Assembly: GCA_024697985.1 (NCBI GenBank)
Contig: JAILRX010000210.1
Location: forward strand, 1-37,071
Reading direction: 5' to 3'
Source: Treponemataceae bacterium
GTDB taxonomy: Bacteria > Spirochaetota > Spirochaetia > Treponematales > Treponemataceae
Length of the DNA stretch: 37,071 bases
Shown here piece by piece: positions 31,604-37,071 of the stretch; the stretch's first letter is position 1; each line of letters starts with the position of its first letter. The position numbers and the translations under genes were made by a program. The notes under the pieces were generated by a model. That model was not told the origin of the DNA. It worked only from the letters and a program-made list of their open reading frames with translations, and did no database searches.

Positions 31604-34318
31604 TTAGAACTGAGCTGATTCAATCTTGATAACTTTGTAAGAACGTTTCTGTTCGTTGATTTCAAAGTTGAGTTCAGCACCTTCTTTTGCGTTCATGAGT
31701 GCATTTCCAAATGGTGACATGTAAGAAATGATGTTGTTCTCTGGATTTGATTCCCATGGACCAAGAATTGTGTAAGTTTCGTTGCTGCCTGTAAGGTTGT
31801 TTTTCATTGTTACGACAGTACCGAAAGAAACTCTTGAAGTTGTAATTGTGGTTGGGTCAAAGATAGAAGCCTTAGCAATTTCATCCTGGAGTTTTCCAAG
31901 TTCTTTGTTAAGTTTCTTCTGTGCTTCTTTAGCAGCAATAAATTCTGCATTTTCTTTAAGGTCACCCTTTTCAACAGCTTCACCAATTTCTTTTGCGATT
32001 GCAGGAAGTTCAACTGTGTTAATCTTTTCAAGACGCTCTTTCTTTTCAAGGTATTTTTTCTGTGTAACAATAAGTCCTTTAGGTGCAGCAGACTTTTCTT
32101 CTGAACCGTGGAATTTGTAGTCAGGATGTTTTTCAAGAATCTTGTTTCTCATCTTCATCTTGATTACAGGATCGAGATCCTTAACATCTTCAATCAATGT
32201 GTAGATTCGTGTGATTGTATCAATATCATTGTCGAGGATGTAGTTCAAAACTGTGTCGTTCTTGAAAAGCAAGTTCTGAATCTGCTTGTTGATTTTTCTG
32301 TTTTCTGTTGTATTGCAGTGGTTTTCGATTTCTCGATATGTCAAATCGATGATGTGAACCATTGTAATGATCTGTTTTTCATACGAGATGTTTGCCTCTT
32401 TGAACCAGTCTGTGTCCTGGCTGTTTTCAAAGAAGTAAACGACTGCTTCTCTGTAGTCCTTGTAGCTTTCGAAAGCCTGGATTGCAAGCTTTTTGAGGTC
32501 TTCTTTGTAGCCTGCTTCATACAAGTCATCGATAAGCTTCTGTTTGAGGACAGTAGGGAAGAGCTTGATGTAAACCTGACTCCAGTTAGGAATGTATCGT
32601 TTGATGCATGTAAGGTAATCTTCTCTCAAAGTTGTGTTTGCTGTATCTTTCAAAAGAAGGTACATTTCCTGTGGATTTTCTACCTTTTCAAAAAGCTGTG
32701 CGAAACTGTAAGGCATTTCCTGTGAAAGGTGAGGGTATTCTGTAGAAATCTTTCTTACAACGAGGTAAGAAGCGATTGTCTGTTCGTTTACAGAAGAGAA
32801 TGCTCTCAAATAACCTGTGAAGTAGTTGAACATATCTGTGAAAAGTTCTGATTCAACGTCTGCTGTCTTAGAAAATTTCATGAGAATATCAATTCGTGGG
32901 AAGAAGTTTTTCTGTGCCTTGAATTCATTTGCAAGTTTTTCTTCTGTAGAAATCTTTCTTTCACGTACTGTGTACATTGAGATGTCGTTAGGATTTACAC
33001 CGAAGATAGGATCTTCATCGAGGATTTTTCGAGCCTTGTTGCTCCAACTTGTCCATTCAGAAGCTGAAAGAAGGTTGAATTTGTCATCTTTTGTGTTAGG
33101 AACAAGTTCTGCCTTGATTCTCTTGAAGTCACAGTTGTTGTCAAAACTTCGGATGATGATTTTCAAAGCCCATTTAGGATTTTCCTTGATTCGTTCAACA
33201 AGTTTTTCCTTTGATTTTGTAGCCTTCAAAACCCAGATATGGTTCTTTGAAAGAGGCTGCAATGCGTCGATTGCCATCTTCAATGACATTTCTTTTACGC
33301 CATGTTTTTTACCGAAGTCAATTTCGATTGAGTCGTTTGTAACGCTCTTGATTCGACCAACACCCCAAGATCTGTGCCATACGTAGTTGTCTACATCAAA
33401 AGCGATGTGTTTTTCAAAGTCAGCGATTGCTTCAAAAACGTTTCGAGGACCGCTTGCGAGGCTTGATGTCATAAGACATTCTTCAAACTGGCTGTGGTTT
33501 TCATATTTATTTCTGTAGCATTCAACGATTTCTTTTCGTGCCCACTGATCTCTTTCATCAATCTTGAGAAGGAGCTTGAGGATGTCGATTGCGATATCCC
33601 AGTTTGCAGTATCTTTATAGTAGTCGTAAAGTTCCTGCATCAATGAAGCGCTCTTGTCTTCGCTGATTGTTTTTGCGATTTTGCGCTGAACGAGGTAGAA
33701 GAAATCGATTTCTTCTGGAATGAGCTTAACAAGTTCTGTCCAAACTTCCTTGATGTGGCTGTTTTCTTTTCGTGCAACGTAACGCATCAGGGCTTTTTTA
33801 TAGTATTCAACAGAAGTTTCTGTGTCACCCAATTCCTTGTAGTGTTCTGCCAGAAGTTTTGCAATTTCTGCTTCTTCAAGATCGAGTCTTACGATGGAAG
33901 CATAAATTTCCCAAATCTGTTCGTTGTTTGTTTCCTTGTAGCAGTCAGCAAGTGTTCTGAGAGCGAATTTGTTTGTTTCGTCTTCATCAAGGATTTTTTC
34001 ACAAAGATATTCAACAACTGGTGTTTTCTTGTTATCGATGAAGATGGTAACAAGTTCTGTAATTGCAGAATTGTCTAAAGATTTTTCTTTTAATCCCAAC
34101 ATTCCTGAAATATACAAGGCGATAATGCTGTTTCTTGTGTGCTTGAGGTATTCATCACAAAATTCTTTTACTTCATTGATGCAGTTCTCATTTACTGCTG
34201 CTTCAATTTTTGAGCCGAGTTCAATGAAGTTGTTTTTTGTGTAGCTTGAAATAGTTTCTCGAGTCCACTTTTCTTCATTAAGCATTTCCTGCACTGATTT
34301 AATCAATTCTTCAGACAT
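31604..34318 (-). CDS. greA: Giant GreA-family transcript cleavage factor (904 aa; GreA module = last ~155 aa)
   Basis: The C-terminus aligns by eye with E. coli GreA. The segment KGDLKENAEFIAAKEAQ corresponds to HGDLKENAEYHAAREQQ, so the coiled-coil-tip acidic residues D and E are retained. The segment ISYMSPFGNALMNAKEGAEL corresponds to ISVNSPIARGLIGKEEDD. As I recall, long GreA proteins of about 900 aa are annotated in Borrelia and Treponema genomes. Confidence 0.88.
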   Translation of the reverse strand: MSEELIKSVQEMLNEEKWTRETISSYTKNNFIELGSKIEAAVNENCINEVKEFCDEYLKHTRNSIIALYISGMLGLKEKSLDNSAITELVTIFIDNKKTPVVEYLCEKILDEDETNKFALRTLADCYKETNNEQIWEIYASIVRLDLEEAEIAKLLAEHYKELGDTETSVEYYKKALMRYVARKENSHIKEVWTELVKLIPEEIDFFYLVQRKIAKTISEDKSASLMQELYDYYKDTANWDIAIDILKLLLKIDERDQWARKEIVECYRNKYENHSQFEECLMTSSLASGPRNVFEAIADFEKHIAFDVDNYVWHRSWGVGRIKSVTNDSIEIDFGKKHGVKEMSLKMAIDALQPLSKNHIWVLKATKSKEKLVERIKENPKWALKIIIRSFDNNCDFKRIKAELVPNTKDDKFNLLSASEWTSWSNKARKILDEDPIFGVNPNDISMYTVRERKISTEEKLANEFKAQKNFFPRIDILMKFSKTADVESELFTDMFNYFTGYLRAFSSVNEQTIASYLVVRKISTEYPHLSQEMPYSFAQLFEKVENPQEMYLLLKDTANTTLREDYLTCIKRYIPNWSQVYIKLFPTVLKQKLIDDLYEAGYKEDLKKLAIQAFESYKDYREAVVYFFENSQDTDWFKEANISYEKQIITMVHIIDLTYREIENHCNTTENRKINKQIQNLLFKNDTVLNYILDNDIDTITRIYTLIEDVKDLDPVIKMKMRNKILEKHPDYKFHGSEEKSAAPKGLIVTQKKYLEKKERLEKINTVELPAIAKEIGEAVEKGDLKENAEFIAAKEAQKKLNKELGKLQDEIAKASIFDPTTITTSRVSFGTVVTMKNNLTGSNETYTILGPWESNPENNIISYMSPFGNALMNAKEGAELNFEINEQKRSYKVIKIESAQF

Positions 34319-34335
34319 ATTCTCTCCTAAGTTTT

Positions 34336-35280
34336 TTAAACGGTATACCGCTCGAAAATATCTTTGTTTAGTAATTTGATGCTTCTAAGGACATCACTGA
34401 TTTTTGAATCATCTTCATTTGTCGCAACATAATGGTCGATGAGCCAAAAATAATTATTTATTAATCGTGGAATCAGCAAGTCAGACTGACTTCCATTATT
34501 TTTTAATTCTGCGTCAATTGCGAAAATATTCTGCTTGAGTTTTCCGACTTCTATAGAACTTAGTTCCCTCTTTACGTTGAGTACGCCAAGAAGCAAACCT
34601 TCAACAGGAATCCATTCTGCTGCAACCGCATCATCAGGGTATTTCTGCTTGACCTTTTCATAAAGCCTGCAGAACATTTCTGATTCAAGAAACTTGATGT
34701 CGATTTCCTGCGGTGCAATGAAGAAAGCTTCCCGGAAAAGAAGCTTGGACATCTTGTCGTCGCCGCAAAGTGCGTAACAGTCAGCCATTTCTGCCAGAAT
34801 TTGAGCGTTGTCCCTTGCGTTTTTATGTGCTTCTTCAAGACACTTTTTTGCCAGTTCGTAATCTCCGACTTCTTTGTAGCAAAGTGCAATTCTTGCTTCA
34901 AGCAAAGGTACCTGGGAAGAGTTCTGGGAAGTTGTCTGTTCCAGAATTGATTGATAAAGATCAAGCGCTGTTGAAAAAACGCCCTTTCTAATAGAATAAA
35001 GACACTGTTCATGAGCCTTGATGTCTTCACCCATCAAATCAATAAAATCTTTCCAGTTCAAAAGATAGCGCTCTGCCTTTTCGAACATTTCTGTCAGTTC
35101 ACAGATTTCGCCTTTTCGTATAATCCAGAAGCCGCAAGTTTTAAGGCAAAAAAGAATCTCAGGATTCGATAAATCATTTACGAGTTCTTTTGATAAAAAT
35201 TCTTTGGCCTGTTCTACTTCCAGAGTTTCAAGAAGTTCATAGACTTTTGCCAATTTAGGGTCTGAATATATACTCATCAT
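34336..35280 (-). CDS. TPR-like helical repeat protein, co-oriented 17 nt upstream of greA
   Basis: TPR-like helix pairs are present (ARIALCYKEVGDYELAKKCLEEAHK; MADCYALCGDDKMSKLLFREAFFIAP). An AGGAGA SD for greA lies in the 17-nt gap, which suggests an operon. Confidence 0.7.
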   Translation of the reverse strand: MMSIYSDPKLAKVYELLETLEVEQAKEFLSKELVNDLSNPEILFCLKTCGFWIIRKGEICELTEMFEKAERYLLNWKDFIDLMGEDIKAHEQCLYSIRKGVFSTALDLYQSILEQTTSQNSSQVPLLEARIALCYKEVGDYELAKKCLEEAHKNARDNAQILAEMADCYALCGDDKMSKLLFREAFFIAPQEIDIKFLESEMFCRLYEKVKQKYPDDAVAAEWIPVEGLLLGVLNVKRELSSIEVGKLKQNIFAIDAELKNNGSQSDLLIPRLINNYFWLIDHYVATNEDDSKISDVLRSIKLLNKDIFERYTV

Positions 35281-35284
35281 ATTC

Positions 35285-35314
35285 AGTATATCAAATAGGA
35301 TTTGTTTTAGTCAA
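35285..35314 (-). promoter_or_regulatory. Sigma-70-like promoter on the minus strand (TTGACT-N18-TATACT with TGn extended -10), ending 4 nt before the TPR gene ATG
   Basis: The reverse complement of 35309-35314 is TTGACT. The reverse complement of 35285-35290 is TATACT, preceded by TGA. No SD lies between it and the ATG at 35280. Confidence 0.3.
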
Positions 35315-35342
35315 GATAATAAAAATGAAAAAAGGGATAATA

Positions 35343-35371
35343 TTTATAATGCCTTTTGAATGTTGTGTCAA
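35343..35371 (-). promoter_or_regulatory. Sigma-70-like promoter on the minus strand (TTGACA-N17-TATAAA)
   Basis: The reverse complement of 35366-35371 is TTGACA. The reverse complement of 35343-35348 is TATAAA. An A/T-rich tract including a T10 run (35393-35402) lies upstream, like an UP element. Confidence 0.35.
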
Positions 35372-35428
35372 GTAAAATTTGGCATTTTAAAATTTTTTTT
35401 TTGTAAAAATCCCTTATGTTTGCTGACC

Positions 35429-35457
35429 TTGTAACTATTCAGGAAATTTAATATATT
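35429..35457 (+). promoter_or_regulatory. Sigma-70-like promoter for gltX (TTGTAA-N17-TATATT)
   Basis: The hexamers were read directly. It is located about 75 nt upstream of the gltX ATG. Confidence 0.3.
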
Positions 35458-35469
35458 AGATATGTTTGC

Positions 35470-35496
35470 GTGCTTATCATCAATTTGATGATGCAC
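35470..35496. promoter_or_regulatory. Inverted repeat in the gltX leader (17-bp perfect palindrome ATCATCAA-T-TTGATGAT flanked by GTGC/GCAC)
   Basis: Read directly. The perfect palindrome spans 35476-35492. The outer GTGC (35470-35473) pairs with GCAC (35493-35496), with a TT bulge. Confidence 0.5.
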
Positions 35497-35529
35497 AGCG
35501 TTTAATTTAATTTTGTACGAGGAATTAAA

Positions 35530-37071
35530 ATGGAAGTACGAGTTCGATATGCACCGTCTCCTACGGGAATGCAGCATATTGGCGGAGTTAGAACCGCATT
35601 GTTCAACTACCTTTTTGCACGAAGCAAGGGTGGAAAATTTATCTTAAGACTTGAAGATACAGACCGCACTCGTTATGGCGAAGAATACGTAAAGAATCTT
35701 TATGATACATTGGCCTGGTTGGATATCGACTGGGATGAAGGCGGACCTAAGGGCGGCGAATATGGCCCATACGTTCAGTCAGAACGATTCGATCTCTATA
35801 AAAAATATGCAATGGAACTGGTTGAAAAGGGTGAGGCTTACTATTGTTTCTGCGACGAAGAGCGCTTGGAAAGAATCCGTGCCCTTCAGACAAAAAATAA
35901 GATGCCGCCTGGATACGACAGAAACTGCCGTCATCTTACACCGGAAGAAGTAAAGGCAAATCTTGATGCTGGGAAACCTTACGTAATCCGACTCAAGGTT
36001 CCTCTTGAAGGCGTAACAAAATTCAACGATGCTCTTTTAGGAGATATTGAATGGAAGAATGAAGATATTTCTCCAGACCCTGTTCTCCTCAAGTCTGATG
36101 GTTTCCCAACCTATCACCTTGCAAACATCGTAGATGACCACTTCATGAAAATTACTCACGTAATGCGAGCTCAGGAATGGATTCCTTCAACTCCGCTCCA
36201 CGTTCAGATGTATCGTGCATTCGGATGGGAACCACCTCAGTTCTGCCATCTTCCAATGGTAAACGGTTCTGACGGTCAGAAACTTTCTAAACGACATGGA
36301 GCTACAAGCGTAAACGAATTCCGTGCACGTGGATATCTTCCTAAAGCTATCGTGAACTACGTTGCAATGCTCGGCTGTTCTTATGAAGATGGCCGCGACA
36401 TGTACGAAAAAGAAGATTTGGCCCGTCTTTTCAAGATGGAGCACCTCAATAAGGCCGGAGCCGTTTTCGACTATAAAAAACTTGAATGGTTCAACGGTCA
36501 GTATATCAGAGCAATGAGCGATGAAGAACTTTTCAATGCTGTAGTTCCTTTCATAACAGGAACAGGCGATGCAGCTTTGCCTGTAAATGCCAGCGAACAG
36601 TTCCCGGCTCCAAAAGTTGGACCTGCAGTTTCAGGCCTTGCTTTGGATGACAACGGAAATCTTGTTCTTGCAAGTGATGAAGTTTTGGCAAGCGGAGCTT
36701 TCGGGTTGGCTCCCGTAAAATCTGTCGGAAATCTTACAAGCGATCAGATTAAGGAAAAACTGATGGCCTTGATGCCTCTTATCAAGGAAAGACTCCACTT
36801 TTTGACAGATGCAGCAGAAATGGTAAGATTCCTCTTTACAGAACCAGCTGTTCCACCAAAAGAGCAGATCATTCCTAAAAAACTTGATGAAGCTAAGACA
36901 AAAGAAGTTTTGGAAAGATCTAAAGAATTCATCAAGGCTCTTCCTGGAATGGAGCATGAGGCTCAGGAAAATCTTGCCCGTTCAATCGCTGAAGAAATGG
37001 GAATAAAGATGGGTGACTTTATGATGCCTATCCGAATGGCCGTAACAGGAAGCCGCGTTTCACCGCCGCTT
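35530..37071 (+). CDS. gltX: Glutamyl-tRNA synthetase, 3'-truncated by the window edge
   Basis: It is not in the ORF track because no stop occurs before the window end; frame 1 is open for 514 codons. The N-terminus is MEVRVRYAPSPTGMQHIGGVRTALFNYLFARSKGGKFILRLEDTDRTR (HIGH-class motif). A KLSKRHGA (KMSKS) motif is present. CFC...CRH zinc-site-like residues are present. A GAGG SD lies 7 nt upstream. Confidence 0.96.
   Translation, partial: MEVRVRYAPSPTGMQHIGGVRTALFNYLFARSKGGKFILRLEDTDRTRYGEEYVKNLYDTLAWLDIDWDEGGPKGGEYGPYVQSERFDLYKKYAMELVEKGEAYYCFCDEERLERIRALQTKNKMPPGYDRNCRHLTPEEVKANLDAGKPYVIRLKVPLEGVTKFNDALLGDIEWKNEDISPDPVLLKSDGFPTYHLANIVDDHFMKITHVMRAQEWIPSTPLHVQMYRAFGWEPPQFCHLPMVNGSDGQKLSKRHGATSVNEFRARGYLPKAIVNYVAMLGCSYEDGRDMYEKEDLARLFKMEHLNKAGAVFDYKKLEWFNGQYIRAMSDEELFNAVVPFITGTGDAALPVNASEQFPAPKVGPAVSGLALDDNGNLVLASDEVLASGAFGLAPVKSVGNLTSDQIKEKLMALMPLIKERLHFLTDAAEMVRFLFTEPAVPPKEQIIPKKLDEAKTKEVLERSKEFIKALPGMEHEAQENLARSIAEEMGIKMGDFMMPIRMAVTGSRVSPPL

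Noticed and set aside
32108-33386. Two plus-strand ORFs (205 aa and 186 aa) antisense to greA
   Set aside because: They are shadow ORFs opposite the 904-aa GreA frame. They have no SD or start context, and their F/C/V-rich composition is typical of antisense translation.
35326-35376. 16-codon mini-ORF (MKKGIIFIMPFECCVK) on the plus strand of the divergent intergenic region
   Set aside because: It has no Shine-Dalgarno sequence. It overlaps the minus-strand promoter hexamers. I have nothing to distinguish it from chance in AT-rich DNA.
35368-35577. 69-aa minus-strand ORF spanning the AT-rich intergenic region and the first 48 nt of gltX
   Set aside because: It overlaps the well-supported gltX start and the promoter-like elements. 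It has no SD, and its composition is what translated AT-rich spacer would give.
1-37071. Search for mobile elements, integrases, toxin-antitoxin pairs, restriction-modification or other defence systems, and compositional islands
   Set aside because: Every sizeable ORF is accounted for by housekeeping or flagellar functions or by envelope or hypothetical proteins embedded in those operons. There are no transposase, recombinase or nuclease hallmarks and no flanking direct or inverted repeats. No obvious shift in base composition is visible by eye.

Overview
The window looks like a core-chromosome segment from a spirochaete. It appears Treponema-like and roughly 40% GC by eye, with strongly T/A-biased third codon positions. 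Almost all of it is tightly packed coding sequence. Plus strand, in order: (1) the distal part of the flagellar export operon (fliY partial, fliO/Z, fliP, fliQ, fliR, flhB, flhA, flhF, flhG, a 2-TM acidic protein, sigma-28 fliA); (2) four uncharacterised genes (Jag_N-like + DUF342/FapA, a small Q/K-rich protein, a TM/coiled-coil/HTH-like protein, an exported protein); (3) rimP-nusA-infB-rbfA-truB-ribF-rpsO; (4) pnp, M16 peptidase, dut, two LptF/LptG-family permeases, tgt and an exported HEAT-repeat protein. Minus strand, convergent: a TPR-like protein, a giant (904 aa) GreA and a vWA-like membrane protein. The window ends with the 5' 1.5 kb of gltX. I saw no rRNA, tRNA, CRISPR array, IS/transposase, integrase, prophage or recognisable defence or toxin genes. 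I do not think there is a hidden accessory island here. The items worth a second look are mostly unusual domain architectures or uncharacterised genes embedded in housekeeping operons: (a) the sigma-28-linked tail of unknown genes; (b) a CarD/TRCF-like Tudor segment that I think I recognise inside the long N-terminal extension of GreA; (c) a (G)GGMNM x11 DNA-level tandem repeat inside FliY; (d) a zinc ribbon at the C-terminus of NusA; (e) a promoter-then-terminator leader upstream of rimP-nusA. All family assignments come from motif recognition by eye and none was confirmed by a search.
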